A stretch of DNA of 64,000 nucleotides, taken from assembly GCA_951406725.2 (NCBI GenBank), contig OX597817.1, forward strand, positions 96,844,001 through 96,908,000, read 5' to 3'. The first letter of the stretch is position 1. Each line of letters begins with the position of its first letter. Source of the stretch: Octopus vulgaris (lineage: Eukaryota). Both the position numbers and the translations under genes were made by a program. This document shows, one piece after another, positions 48,480-62,830 of this stretch. The notes beneath the pieces are model-generated. The model made no database searches. It saw only the letters and a list, made by a program, of their open reading frames with translations, and was not told the origin of the DNA.

Positions 48480-49990
48480 TCTTCCCGTCCAGTTCTTTAT
48501 ATTGATCTGCAGGTCCTTCAGGTTGCCTTTTATGTAGTCTTTGTATCATTTTGTGGTCTGTGCTGAGGATACTTTCCAGAGCACAGCTCACCATAGAATA
48601 GCTGCTTTGGAATTTTATTATCTTCTATACACATGGTCTGCCCAATGTATCTGAATAGATATGATGAGTGACTAGATGCTTACAAATTCTATCTTTGCAA
48701 GGACTTCTGTGTCAGGTGTTTTAGTTTGCCCCTTAATATTAAGTATGTGTCTCAAACATTTTTGGTGCATGTTCAAGCAACTTCAGATGCCAAGGGTGTA
48801 CTGTTGATGTTTCAGAAGAATACAACTGAAATATTGATAGGCATGTTTTGTAAATGCTCTGCTTAGTCTCTTTGGTAATGCTGTAATTTGCCCAGACTCT
48901 CTTTTCAAGTTTCACAAATGCTACAGATGCTTTCTGAATGTGTAGATGTATTTTTGCATCTAGGGAGTCAACTCTTGACAACATGCTACCAGCATAAACT
49001 ACATCTAATCTTGTACCATATAATAAAATACCTGGCTCAATGTATAGTTCACCTGGTTCATGTGTGAACATTACCTTGGTTTTTTTTTTTCAGAATTATT
49101 TTAAATCCAAAGATGAAGTATCAAAACAATCCATATTGTGAGCCATGAAGTCAACACTATCTTTGTAAAGCTCTTCCAGTAGTTCTGAACTGCAAGAAGA
49201 CACCCTTATCACAGTCATGGAATGCATGTGTAAGCAGGACAGCAAAGAATACCAAAAAGTGTGTGAGAGCAAGAATATCACCTTGCTTTACTCCATTGTC
49301 AATCAGTTTCATGAAACAGTTTTCTGATAAAGGCAGTCCAAGCCTTTGTGTCTTTGTGCAACTGCTTAAACATACTGACAATCATTCCCAGGATTGTCCA
49401 CAGTGCACCTCTGTTAACTGCATCAAATGCTTTCATTAAGTAAAGACTTGATATAAAGACACCTGCATTTCTCTTGTATGTTTCTTGCAGAAAATATCAT
49501 GTCAATTGTTCCTCTACCTGATCTAAAGCCACTTTATGATTCAGGGACGACTATAGGACAAATATCTTCCATCTGTCTATTCAACAAAAGTCTGGCAAGC
49601 ACTTTGCCAACAGCTTCCGGGAGTGTGATGCCACAGTGCTGGTCACAAATTCCTTTTTCCCTTGAACAAAAACACTAAAATGTCATCACTCTAATCTTTT
49701 GGTATAAGGGTTCCAGTTCAGCACTTGGTAATGAGATTAAATACTACATGAGTAACCTTTTTGCTTCCAGCCTTCAGCAGTTCAACAGCAAAATTATCTC
49801 AGTTAGGTACTCTACCAGTATTTAACTTTTTGAGAACCATTTTCACCTCATCATAAGATGGTAATTGATTCACAGTCAAATAAATTAATGAAGTGTTCTT
49901 GCCATTGCTGCAGAGCTTTTGCTAGTTCTTTGATGATAGTAGTGTTATCCTTGGACTCCAGAAGAACAAAAGTAGAGGTTACCAGACCAA
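48480..49990 (-). mobile_element. Degenerate RTE-type LINE RT
   Basis: NGVKQGDILA, YAGSMLS and RIQKAS.AF-like fragments across frameshifts. Confidence 0.7.
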
Positions 49991-50049
49991 ACACTTCATG
50001 TAGAAGACTTTAAAACATACTTACTTTCTTACATACATACATACATACA

Positions 50050-51560
50050 GATCTTGCTTCAGGTGTTTGCTGTAACTCAGCTTCAATAACTGAGTGCATT
50101 TTGAATGCAGTTATATCCATCAACAAGTGGTTCAGTAGCATATGCTCTCGCTGACCAATGAATTTTTGACAATGACTTCAAGGTTAGTTCTCTTTTATTT
50201 CCTTCTAAAAATTTTATTAAATCTGCCCATCAATGCATTAACACAGAAAAAAGTGTATAGCTTTTGTATGAAGCCAAAATAGCTAACAGCTTCAACACAG
50301 CAAGAAGCAGTAGCATTATCCAACATGAATTAACAAATGAGCTGCACAAGGAACGAAAACTGTAGCCAAGTTCTTTTTCTTAAATCTGGTTCACATTCCT
50401 CTGCAGTGATTGGATATATTACTGGTGCTGTTATAGGACTGTCCTTGGAGTCTTCAAAACTTATACCCTATTTTCTAAGAAATCCTAACTCAGATATAGC
50501 CACTGTTTCTGCTTTATGAGAACCAGTCTGAATGAAATTTGAAAACCTTTCTATCAGCATTCTGGAAACAGTGTATCACACAATAACTGTTAGTTGATCA
50601 ACATGAGCACAGTCTGACAAATACTTAGAAGTTTTAAGTTCTGCTACAATATTATTTATATATTTTACATTTAACAGAATAATTTTTTCATAGATGGTAG
50701 CAGAGATAAGTATGACTGCTTACCATTTCTGGGATTTCCAAACTCTTTCAAGTGACTCACTAGAAATGGATTAAATTGTGCAATAAGTTCTGTAATTTCT
50801 CCAAATTTCCATTGTGCTTAGATTCTATGATCTCTTCACTAACCCTAAATGCCAGGCCTCTCTCAGCTAGAAATATTGCCATATCCACAACACAGCATGA
50901 TATTTCAGTCCAGTATTTATTTACCTGCACTTGTTTTTCCAACTCCTTACAAATATGAGAACACTCCTTACACAAAATATTGAGCTGCAACACAAAATCC
51001 CTGTGACTTTGACTTTGATCATGTGTTTTTATATTCTCTTCTGCTATTTTTCCAATAACTAGAGCTATCCTTGTCAGAAAACCTGTCATGGCAGCTTGAT
51101 ATCAAAGTTCAGTAAAAGCAATAAACTGCACTTCTTGATGGGCTGTACTGGATCCACTTTTTCAAATGCTGATCACCATCGTCACAAATAGTATAAAACA
51201 GAATTTTAAAAATAATGATAGTGCCCATCCAGCTTGCCTTCACCTTTGTTTATAATGGTGTGAAGATTCTGGTTTCATGGACACATACTTTTCTCTGACA
51301 GAAAACTACTTGGTTTGGTCTAGATCCTAAGATGGCACTTAGCTATCCCTATCAGTAGGATGCAGTGATTCTTCATCTTCAGTTTCTTGAGTTGATGTCT
51401 TTCTCCTATTTTTGCAGATGCACATGGGATTGCAGCTAGTTTTTCAAAAGAGAAACTGATTTGTTTATTAAGCTTAGTTTCTAAGTTTACCTTTTTAGGA
51501 GCAAAGAAAAGTTCTGCAAGGTGCTGAGTCTTTGCTAATACTGTAGCATTTTTTTCACTT
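50050..51560 (-). mobile_element. Degenerate hAT transposase (ZMYM1-like type)
   Basis: FLAERGLAFR..E....NGN in ORF 50760-51089; CAAH.L and LSK..WSAR-like motifs further 3'. Confidence 0.7.
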
Positions 51561-52914
51561 CCTTCTTTGGAAATGTTTTTGGAGACAGCTGAATATTCTG
51601 TGTGAAAATATCTGAATAAAAGCAAAGAGAAAATAGTCTCAAAAACAAAACAGGAACCTACAACAGCCATGTAAACCCATTTCATTTAATCAAGCCACAG
51701 GCATAACCAAAGCCAGACTGTTTACACATACTCCTGTAATTCTTACATCTGGTACAAGTAAGTAGGTCTGCAACCAAAGTAAATGAAATGTTAACAGAAA
51801 AGGGTTCAAGTGATTAACAGCAAACTGAGGATTTAAGATTAAAGGTTTTGTTTCCATTTCATTACTTCAAAATTACATTTCAGTTCTGTGAGGCTATAGA
51901 AACAAAGTGCCATTAAATGCTTCAGAAAAATGATAGATTTGAAAAGGGATTGTGTATTTCATGGATCTCTCTGAACTTCAAACAACCAGGTAGTGATATT
52001 TGAGCTTACAATTCTGACGATGATGAAAATATAAAAAAAGAAAAAAAAGGGAGAGATTAGGTTAAATAGAAAACAAAAATGTGAACAAGTCATATTCTAC
52101 AGTAATGTTACATGAAACAGAAAATTATATAATTAAAACATTAAAATTTCAGAAGCCAAACAGTCTCACCTATTTTTGGCAAATATGACCAGTGTACCAA
52201 ATGACTACCAACAACCAAATGAACAGAAAGATAACTTTAGAGAGCAGCAATATGTGTCAGTGCATGTTTGCTTGTGTATGCATACCTGTGCATGTGTATG
52301 TTTCAATTGCAAGTACAAAAGCCTGAAATTGATGGGTCATTGTAGGGTCAAACAACATTCATCCATCTATCTGTGTGCTAGTTGTAGTGTTCTCACCTTA
52401 AGTTTGAGGAAGAGATTTTTCTTGTGAAGTTGATTGTAGCATGTTTTCTCTACCACAAGTGGTTAGTATTCCCATACACTAAACATTTAGGATTTTCCCC
52501 TCTATAAACAGTGACATCTGCTTGCATTCCTAGAAACAGAGAATTTTCAGGAATGTGATTTATTTCTTCAGGAGACGTTTATATCTGGAATACCATAAGA
52601 ATTTCAGTCTTGTTCAGTTGTGAGGTGGACTTTATGTACACAATCTCCTCTTTCTCTTCTTGGCCAGATTTCAAGTCTACCTTTTACCCATATAATGGGG
52701 AATAATTATAAAGTTTGGGATATGCAAGTGATTGTAGACATTCTTCTGGCTTCTTGCTCACTGCTATATATAGCAGCTAACAACTCATATGTCTTTCCTT
52801 TATATATGTATAATACAAAGGACCACACATCTTGGAGGCATTTTTCTGTGTTTGCCAGAGTAGGAAATTTAAGTTTTCCCTCCTTGTAAGAAGCACATTT
52901 ACACAATGGTTTTG

Positions 52915-53050
52915 CATATGCAGGCTGTGTGGTTAGGAAGCTACATGGCTTCTGGTACAGTTCCACTGCATGGTACCTTGAGCAAGTGTCTTCTGCTATA
53001 GCCTTGGGCTGACCAAAGCCGTTTGGTTGAATTTGGTAGGTGGAAGATTC
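52915..53050 (+). mobile_element. OR2-like SINE 5' fragment
   Basis: GGCTGTGTGGTTAGGAAG..ACCTTGAGCAAGTGTCTTCTGCTATAGCC. Confidence 0.7.
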
Positions 53051-54428
53051 CTGTTATGTGTGTAAAAGTGCTTGTGCTTCCTAAGAGAGAGGAGGAAAAA
53101 TTAGTTTTTTCTGTCTCACTAAGGGACATAACACCTGGTTTTACACCTCATTTTTGTACTGGAAGACTTTATTTTTCAGATCTTGCACTGAATGCATAAT
53201 CTACTGGCTAACTGCCCTTGAAAAAAATAAAGTTATTGTTGTGTGTTTTTTTATGTTGTTATTTTTCATACAGTTTTTGTTGTTATTACTACTGCAACAA
53301 TTGTTTTCACTATTGTTGTTGTTGCTGTTGCTATTGTTGTCACTATCGTTGCTGCTACATGTATCTTTGCAGGTCATAGAAACAAGATGAAATTCCATTG
53401 CTTTGTGCCAATAAGTTTATTTTAATTCAGACCTTTCTGCTATTGGTGTAATTTTCAAATTGGGAAAATATACGTAACTTTTGTTTCCACACAAATGTAA
53501 AATAAATATCCATGAGTTACACCCATAAAAGGAAAAACATTCCCTTCAGAATACCCTATCTAGATATGATCTTGATGACCTTATGCATTTTGACCAGCTC
53601 CACATTGGCATGTCAAGGAAATCCAGTGGATACCTGTCAGACAGTTGGAATCATCTGAGAAGTTTTGCAATGTTTTTACACTCTCCACCCCTGTCTGCTA
53701 AATCCACACAATTCCAGCATGTGTCTAAGATTCCAATCCAGTCTACCATTAACACTAGAGAATGAGATACTCCCAGAAAAGTTTCCAGATGCCTGAAGAA
53801 ATCTGGTTGCCATATTATGGAGATAAGAAGTAAAACTTACTTGGTTTGTGTGAAGGGGCAGTTTGTCTAGCTCTCTGGTTTGAATGGGGTGTTTCCACCA
53901 CCAGATCACTACATATTTGCTTGGTGATGTTCCCTCAAAGTCACTGATTTCATGTGGAAATTTAGCTTTTAGGTTTGTGTATGTGTCTTGTAGTGTTCAA
54001 ATGATTTGTATGTGTGTAGGTAGCATGATAGTGGGTGTTGTAAAATTTGTCTGTGTTATGCTGGTGTGAGTTTTCTTGTAATTCATTAAATTTTGTAATG
54101 TAGTTTGTAATGCTACTTTCTTTACTTTGTGTTTGCTTTTGTTGTTGTTGTTGTGTATTTGGGATGAGTTGTGTTTGTGATATTGGTGGTTGTGGTGGTG
54201 TTTTAAGTGTTTGTGGCTGCAGTGTGGATGTAGTGCTTGTTTCATGTGTTTTTTTGTCTTGCAGCTTTTATTTGTTTTCCTCACCACTTTTTGTGGGGAT
54301 GAGGTTTTCTTTTTGTTTTGTCTTTTTTCCTTTGTTTAGTTTCTGTCTTCCACTAATCAGACCCGCTACATGTCATGTATGATTACTTGGACTGAGACAT
54401 GGAATCTTGTCCTGAAGTTGAGAAGTGA

Positions 54429-55150
54429 CTAGGGGAATCTATCGTTGCTATGGTTGGAATTGGTGTTACAGTGGCTGTTGTTGTGGCTGAATTTTTGCTG
54501 CTGTTGTTGATATGACAACTTGTACTGTTGGTAATGGTGTTCATGTTGCTTTATGGGCTTTGGTGGCTGTTGTTGGTAGATTCCTTGGTGTTGGGAGAAG
54601 AGAGAGTTTCTTATCTTTTTCTTCATTTTAGGACAGAAGGCTCTTAGGTGTGTTGCTGAAAGGCAGATGTGACACCTAGCCTTCCTTCCTTCTACACTAA
54701 CCAGTATGTATGTGGTCTGGGATGGATGGCATCCACATTTTTCTGAATAGTTTGGATGAGAAGTCCTACTCCCATTCTCAACCACTTCTCTTTTTGGGTC
54801 TGGTAGACTTTGAAGATTTTTGTGTTTTCCTTAATGTCTACCATGGCCACAGCAATTAGCCAAGGAATGGCTGTTTCTGGCAGCACCTACTGGACATGAT
54901 TCTTACTAGTTTCTGTAGTAGTAAGAAATTAACAAGAGATCCCCACTTTTCGGAAAATTTAGAGAGTAAGTTTTCACTTCCTACTGTTTGAAATCTCACT
55001 TCCACTGTTCCGTAGCCCTTCCCCTTTGTTTATATTCTTTTGGGTTTCAAATGGAACCTAATGTCTTTTAGATTTGAATCACAGTGCTCTTTTCACTCTT
55101 CTTGACTTCATTCCAATTGTACAGTATGTCACTATGTGATGTATTATATT
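54429..55150 (-). mobile_element. Degenerate gag-like ORF1 with CCHC zinc knuckle (L1/Tx1-like LINE remnant)
   Basis: CHICLSATHLRAFCP (C-x2-C-x4-H-x4-C); frameshifted. Confidence 0.5.
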
Positions 55151-55549
55151 TCGGATGGCGTCAACTGGACTGTTGAGTCAGACATTTTGTCTATCTCATT
55201 TGACTAATTGCTTGACATTTTTGATTTCTGCCTCAGAAATTTACTCTTTGCAGAGAGGACTTGGTGGCACTAGCAAAAGAGAGACTGATGTTTTTAATTA
55301 CCATTGTACTGGCTTGTTTGTCTGTTCTTTAATCATTGCTACTTTGTTGTTGTTGCTGCAGTTCTTGGTATTGACAGAATGGGTTTTCAAGAGTTCTTTC
55401 TTGAAACAGTCTGCTTTATCAGCAATTTCAACTTCATTTGTGTTAAAAAGAAACTTGTCATTTTTTCACATAGGGCAAAATAGAATATCATGCTCACACC
55501 CTCTTGGTTTTAGCTAGGTTGACTACACACACAAACACACACACATATA

Positions 55550-55835
55550 CAGGGGTTGGACAAAATAATGAAATCACCTAGTATCATAGCATCATAATTT
55601 TGAAATATCTATAAAACTGCTTGCTTATTTTTATGGTTTTTGATTTATTATTAGTGTTGCTTAATATGTTTTGCTAAAATTGCTGTTTCTTTTCAGATAC
55701 CATCAGAAAAAGGTAATTAAAATTCATAAAAATAACAGATCTATCAGACTTTCAAAGAGGTCAAATTGTTGGTGTTAGTATGGCAGGCACTAGCGTAATG
55801 AAAACAGCCAAAACGTTTGGTGTATCAAGAAGTAA
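55550..55835 (+). mobile_element. Tc1/mariner 5' end fragment
   Basis: TA|CAGGGGTTGGACAAAATAATG TIR-like start; LSDFQRGQIVG..AGTSV.KTAKTFGVSR HTH peptide. Confidence 0.8.
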
Positions 55836-56544
55836 TGGCAACTCTAATTCAATGAAAATCCTTAACTGCATATTCAGGGTTAACACCCAGCATGCTAATG
55901 CTGCATATGGTAGTGGAGAGGTCAGGAGAAAACATCTGGCCATGTGCAAGAACCCATTGAATGTCATCAAGTGATTATACATTTCCTTTAAAGTGAAGAA
56001 AAGGGACCACAAGCATCAGCCCTCCTACCACAGGTTATTCTCTTATCAGGTAAAAATTTGCGATGCATCTATTAATGATAGTACAGTGAAAGGTAGATAT
56101 AGTGCGATTGTAGAGATGTTAGAGCAGAGGCAGAGGATGATGATTTCAAAGAGTATGTTGGACAGTACCAAGATGGCTACTTAAAAGTACATGACAACTG
56201 GTTTCTTGAGCTCTGTGAAATAAACTGTCTGCAATATAAATTTCAGGAAACCAATGAGCCAACTGATACCTTTGAATCAGGTGAATATGCAAGTCAGATA
56301 GACTTCATTCTCTCTAGAAAATGAGACGTGCTGATGATTGTAAATACCAAGTATTTCCTTCTGAAGAATATACCACCTAACATAGGCTAGGGATTAATGA
56401 TTTTAGAATAAAATTTAGACAGGCAGAAAGACAAGAGACAATCCAGGGAAAGAAGATGAGGAAACTGAAAGATTGTTCTCGTATGGTGAGGCAAAGAACA
56501 ATCAGGTGATGGCATTACTTGAAATTAAGTTGCAACTATCTGGG

Positions 56545-57025
56545 GCAAGTGAAATCGAAATTGAACCAAATTCAATGACTGGCACTTGTGCCAGTGGAGC
56601 GCTAACAGCTCCATCTGAGTATGATCACTGCCAGAGCAGCTGTCTGGCTTCCATGCCAGTGGCACGTAAAAAGCACCATTTGAACGCAATCGTTACCAGC
56701 GTCGCCTTACTGGCACGTGAACAAAACATTCGAGTGAGGTCGTTGCCAATGCCACTGGACTGACTCCTGTGCAGGTGGCATGTAAAAAAACACCATTTCG
56801 AGTGTGACCGTTGCCAGTACTGCCAGACTGGCCCTTCTGCCGGTGGAACGTAAAAGCACCCACTACACTCTCGGAGTGGTCAGCGTTAGGAAGGGCATCC
56901 AGCTGTAGAAACTCTGCCAGATCAGATTGGAGCCAGGCACAGCCATCTGGTTTGCCAGTCCTCAGTCAAATCGTCCAACCCATGCTAGCATGGAAAGCGG
57001 ACATTAAGCGATGATGATGATGATA
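56545..57025 (+). mobile_element. RTE 3' UTR fragment with internal repeats and (GAT)n tail
   Basis: GGCACGTAAAAAGCACC repeats and the GAAGGGCATCCAGCTGTAG module. Confidence 0.8.
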
Positions 57026-57148
57026 CATACATACATATATACAAGTTAAGGCACCAGAATATGGTACTTAAGTTGAGGCACCTTGTTGCTTATTTTGATT
57101 ATATATATATATATATTTTATTATAAAAGGTGCAAAATATTCACACAA

Positions 57149-57186
57149 CTCTTACTCAGAGATTCACATTCCCATTTGTCAGACAG
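57149..57186 (-). ncRNA. Decayed hammerhead motif, same family as 61180-61217
   Basis: Minus strand CTGT-CTGACAA-ATGGGAATGT-GAATCTCTGAGT-A-AGAG aligns without gaps to the 61.2-kb motif. Confidence 0.45.
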
Positions 57187-58604
57187 TTATGATGAATACT
57201 GAAATTTAGATTATAATTGTGCAAGTAATATATTTAGTTTGTTGTATAACGAACAAGCCTTTAATTTGATTGGTTAATTTTTCAAAAACAGAATGCTATT
57301 CAAGTACTATTTTTTACATATTGTTTTACAGTTATGTGCCAACCTGTGTGTGTATAAGCATATACAAGGAGGGAAAGTGTCACCGAAGAGGTCACAAATG
57401 TGTGGTGAAAGATTTCTGAACAATGGACGAGTTAAGATAAAAACAGTAATAAAGAAGTGAAGAATGAATATATAGTGTCTGTGTTTATTTGGCAAAAAGA
57501 AAATGACCATCCCATACTATAACAATACACACACACACACATATATATATATAGTCTATTTTACTGTTAAGATAAGATCAACAAAAAAAGTACTCCATCT
57601 GGTGAGAGATAAATATTGTTTAATGTACACAGTATACAGTTATGAAAAAAATAATCAAGGCAAATTTTAAAACATGACTAGTGTTTTCTAGTAAACTTTA
57701 GGATCTGGGCAAAATCTGGACAAAAAAACAAGATGAAGGTGGAACGATGAAAGAAAAATGGAAAGAGAAACAGGTATTAAAGTTATGTCCCCTTTGACCA
57801 TAAAGCTAGATGGTGTGACCTTAAAGGAAGATTACTTGGTGACACAAAGCGTGTTTCAAAACCTGCCTAAATGACTTCTTGAATGTATGAAACTATTAGT
57901 AGCTCTAACTATATACTATTGTACTATTGTGTACAGTAAACAATACGTATATGTGTGTGTGTATTGCTCTAAAATATGCTGAATTTCTATCTTTCTCTCT
58001 CTCTCTCTCTTTCATGTATATATGATCGTCTTCTTTGAAGAGATAGAGGTGAACTGTGTGTAAAATCATGTTGGTATGCAGTTTGAACTCACACATCCCC
58101 AAGCTGAAATTCCATAATTCCTCTTTCTCATTTCAGCACAAACTCCATTTTGACTTATGACTACTAAAAAACTCTGACTCTCCTTACTCTTTTCTGATAA
58201 AACTAAAAACCTATATAGGGTTTTAGAAGGTAACATAACATAGTCTAGGTATAACCAACAGAGTAGAAGTATCATAAACCAGACTTTGCCTCTAACCTTT
58301 TTTAAACTCCAGGAAAGAAGTATCCAATCATTGACCTCATCTAAAATGTTTCCTACTTCAGACTTGGGATTCCTCATTCATTGAATAGTCCTACAAAAGT
58401 TCCTTCGAATATCACCATGGCTGGAACCAAAGTAAGGGGATAACTCCATCCCACCTGCAGCCCAAAACCAAATATGCACTTTCAGCCATTTGAATCTGAT
58501 GAGTTGCCTATACTGCTAAGTGCTTTATAAGTGTGAAACCAATGGTCACTCTATGACTGGCCATAACTTTTAAGTTTCCAATATACATATATATATATAT
58601 ATAT

Positions 58605-60264
58605 CATCATCATCATCATTTAACTTCCATTTTCCATGCTAGCATGGGTTGGATGATTTTGACTGAGGGCTGGCAACCAGTCTTGATCTGGCAGAGTTTC
58701 TACAGCTGGATGCCCTTCCTAACGCCAACCACTCTGAGAGTGTGGTGGGTGCTTATACGTGCCACCTGCACGGGGGCCAGTCAGGCGGTACTGGCAATGA
58801 CCTCGCTCGAATCTTGTTACACGTGCCACTGACACAGGTGCCAGTGAAGCGACATTGGTAATGATCACACTTGAATGGTGCCCTTTTACGTGCCACGGGT
58901 ATGGAAACCAGTTGGCTGCTCTGGCAACAATCATGCTTGGATGGTGTTCTTGGCACCCTACTAGCACAGGCATAAGTACCAGTAAGGCGACGCTGGTAAC
59001 GATCATACTCGAATAGCCGCTCTGTCAACTATCACACTCGTATGGTGCTCTTTGCACCCCGCTAGCACAGATGCCAGTCATCGAAGTGATTTTGATTTTG
59101 ATTTGATTTCACTTGCCTCAACAGGTCTTCGCAAGCAGAGTTTAGTGACCAAAGAAGGAAAAGCTACACATAAGAGGGCGTGTTATGCTCCTGGCATAGG
59201 CCACGGGTTATGGTTTCATCTGGTTTGCCGGGTCTTCTCGAGCACAGCATATTTCCAAAGGTCTCGGTCGCTAGTCATTTCCTTGGTGAGGCCCAATGTT
59301 CGAAGGTTGTGCTTCACCACTTCATCCCAGGTCTTCCTGGGTCTACCTCTTCCACAGGTTCCATCAACAGCTAGGGTGTGGCACTTTTTCACACAGCTAT
59401 CCTCATCCATTCTCGCCACATGACCATACCAGCGCAGTTGTCTCTCTTGCACACCACATCTAATGCTTCTTAGGTCCAACTTTTCTCTCAAGGTACTTAC
59501 ACTCTGTTGAGTATGCACACTGACATTACACATCCATCGGATCATACTGGCTTCATTCTTTGCGAGCTTACGCATATCCTCAGCAGTCACAGCCCATGTT
59601 TCACTGCCATGTAGCATGGCTGTTCGTACACATGCATCATACAGTCTACCTTTTACTCTGAGCAAGAGACCCTTTGTCACCAACAGAGGTAAGAGCTCTC
59701 TGAACTTTGCCCAAGCTATTCTTATTCTAGCAGCTACACTTTCAGTGCACCCTCCTCTGCTACTGATTTGGTCACCTAGATAACGGAAGCTATCAACTAC
59801 TTCTAGTTTTTCTCCCTGGAATGTGGCAGAAGTTGGTCTCTGCGCATTTTCAGTGTTTATCGCCCCCGAGAATCTGCCACATACAAAAACTATCTTCCCA
59901 GTTAGCCTTCCTTTGATATTACTGCACCTCTTATACACTGGGTACATCTTATAGAGTTTCTACCTACACCTCTACTACAGATCGAGTAGGGCCATCTACC
60001 TGAAGGAATTTGTGGTTTGCCTGCCTTCCTACTTATTAGGACTGGTTTTAGCTAGGTTGATTCTAAGGCCCTTCGATTCTAATCCTTGTTTCCACACTTG
60101 AAACTTCTCCTCTAGTTCTGATAGCGACTCAGCGATTAGAGCAAGGTCATCAGCATAGAGGAGCTCTCAGGGGCATCCTGTCTGGAATTCCTCCGTTATT
60201 GCCTGGAGGACTATGATAAACAGGAGGGACCTGAGGACTGAACCCTGGTGGACCACAACCTCTA

Positions 60265-60268
<4 letters not shown>
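58605..60268 (-). mobile_element. RTE-clade LINE 3' portion (RT C-terminus, 3' UTR, (GAT)n tail)
   Basis: ORF 59216-59947 has FRYLG, GSETW, LRWYGHVARM and GRGRPRKTW. LLYADDL lies at ~60145-60165 and V.QGS.LSP upstream. Confidence 0.92.
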
Positions 60269-60314
<46 letters not shown>

Positions 60315-61102
60315 TGTGTGTATTTTCCCCTTGTTCACAATTAAAACGGAAAAATAGATAAATAGTTACCAGGGTAGCAAAAAATCACACATGTGTCAGA
60401 AGTAAAAGTAGTTGAATTACACCTGCGTTAAACTCCATTTATCTATATATCTATAAAACAGTCCTTGGACGAAAATTGTATGCACATTTTGTTTTGACGG
60501 TAAATGGCAGCCAAACCGAGGCTAGGATCGAGCTGAAAATTGGCAGGGATACTAAATGCATGGTGAGGATGAGACCTGCGATGGTTAAAATTCGCAAGCT
60601 AGAAAGATGTGGTTGCTATGGCAAAAAGAGTGAAAATTCATTGTCTTTAAACGGACTTTGACAAGTGTTTGTTGTTTCTCTATTACGGTTATCACCCTTT
60701 CTTTTTCCATCTCTCTCTTTCCCTCTTCCCTCCTCTTTATTTCTATAATGGCTTTTGACAGCTTCTACTCACTCTCTTTCCCTCTTTTTATTCGCTGTCT
60801 CTCTGTTGCTCTTTCTCCCCAGCCTCTCTCTCTCTCTTTACGTCTTTCTGTATCTATAGAGAGAAAGCGTTGACAGCTGCAAGTGTGATTAATGGAGAGG
60901 AATAAAATAGTAAATAATTATATTGTGTCGGAAATATATTTCACTCTCTTGAAGTTTAAATATTACCGCTACAGGGCTTTTACAATGGTGAATTATTATC
61001 GTCCACCACCACCGCACAGTAATGATAACAGAAATTTTTAATCAGATATTTATTATGTTAATTTATATATACGTATATGTGTGTGTATAAATATATATAT
61101 GA

Positions 61103-61249
61103 TTTATTTAAAGTAGCAGAAAATTCAACAAAACCTGTTACTCTGAGTTTCACGTTCCCGTTCCGAAGCTGAAGCCAAACTGTCCAACGAACGGGAACGT
61201 GAAACTCAGAGTAACAGGTTTTGTTGAATTTTCTGCTGCTTTAAATAAA
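61103..61249. repeat. Inverted repeat (61-bp arms, 25-nt spacer) overlapping a hammerhead motif
   Basis: 61103-61163 is the reverse complement of 61189-61249. Confidence 0.9.
61180..61217 (+). ncRNA. Minimal type I hammerhead motif, core mutated (CCAACGA)
   Basis: CTGT-CCAACGA-ACG-GGAA-CGT-GAA-ACTCAGAGT-A-ACAG. All three stems are intact; G5->A is consistent with CpG decay. Confidence 0.6.
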
Positions 61250-61365
61250 GCATATTACTCTACCACTGGTATTTGAGTACTCTTTTTTCCACCTTGTTTC
61301 ACATTTATGTGTTTACTCCGGTATATATGATTTATATATATATATATATATGTATACATAATGCG

Positions 61366-61402
<37 letters not shown>

Positions 61403-62084
61403 ATAATGCATATATATGTGCATATATATTTAATGTGTATGTATATATATGTGTGCATATGTGGTTGGATTGAGCTGAGAATTTGCACACTTATGTTAAA
61501 AGTGCTGGCGAGTTTGCATAGCAATTTTGAGTTTGCTCATTTGAAACGCGTGGCCTACAGAGCAACATTCTTCATCTTTTAAAATGTGGCTTGTGTAGAC
61601 CCAAATGAAATAGGGTTATAATACTGAAACAAGTAAAACAATAATAAACTATTTTAATCCCGAGTTTATTTATATGTGTGTGTGTGTGTGTACAGATTTA
61701 AGTATATGTATGTGTTTGTGGTTTCTTGCTCCTTTTCAGTATTTTCCCTGCCTTGTCTAAATTTAAATCAGTAATGGTTTCCTGATCATAATTTTTTTTT
61801 CTCCAGTAAATATGGGTAACACATAACTTTTAAATTAATCAGTCATATTCTTTAATCATATATTTATATAAATAATGATGTTTTATGCAACTGAAACAGT
61901 TGTCATACACAATTAAAGTATGTAAAATTTATGCTTTTCTGCTATTTATTCTATATGTGCTGCTTTCAATGATCATTTTATCCAATTTTGTTCCACATGG
62001 ATTTAATGCATTGTAACATGTTATTAATTGAGTTCTTAATTACAGTGAAATTTTTGTGATTGTTTATACATCAATTCTATATAT

Positions 62085-62830
62085 AGATAGGGGAAATGAA
62101 GTTCAGATTTGCATTACAGCAAAATGCTCTCTACATTAGTGAGACAACCACAAGAGAAACTTTTAGATAAAAGTAAGCCAGGTAAAGAGTAGGCTACGTA
62201 GAGACATAGCTTTTGTTGATCTGGAAAAGCTAGGAGTAGATACATGGCTTGTGAAAGCGAAGCAAGCTTTGTACTAAGAAGCAGTCAGCAAAATGAATTA
62301 GAGAAATTTAGGGTGCATGTAGCTGTCCATCAAGGCTTAGTTCTCAACCACCCACTATGTATTAGTTCTCCAAGTCATAATGGAAGTGCTTAAAACCAGT
62401 TACTCATGGGAGCTCTAATCTTTATAAGAGAAACTGTGGAGGATTTTGATAAAATATGTGCAAACAAAAGAATTAAGAGGCCATGAAGTAATTGTCATAA
62501 AAACTAAAATTTTAGTAGTAATTTCTTTCCTACTAAATTAAATTTAATAGGAAAAAGACAAGACTGATGCCATTAGGAAAAGGGCAAGAAGAAATTCGAT
62601 TCAGTGCACTCTATGGATACACAAGAGTTGCAGTTGAGTCAAAAGCAAGCTGAGAGTGAATAAAAACTTTGCTTGTGATAGATGTACAAGAGTAGTTAGC
62701 AGTCAGTATACTAGTAAAATAAATTCCTTGTAATACTCAAATGGCTCTATTGAAGTAGTTGATTGCTTTTTGGCTGTGATGGAGAACTTTGAAAGCCTAG
62801 CAGCTAGAACTATATGGTTAAGAAAAAATT
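62085..62830 (+). mobile_element. Highly degenerate RTE RT
   Basis: AFVDLEKA and VHQGLVL remnants, with stops and frameshifts. Confidence 0.55.

Noticed and set aside
53154-54382. Leu/Asn/Cys/His-rich ORFs
   Set aside because: (TTG)n-type low-complexity sequence.
58066-58377. 103-aa ORF with a hydrophobic stretch and a possible GTGAGT donor
   Set aside because: No recognisable homology, and it does not fit the DIPK2A segment expected in this intron.
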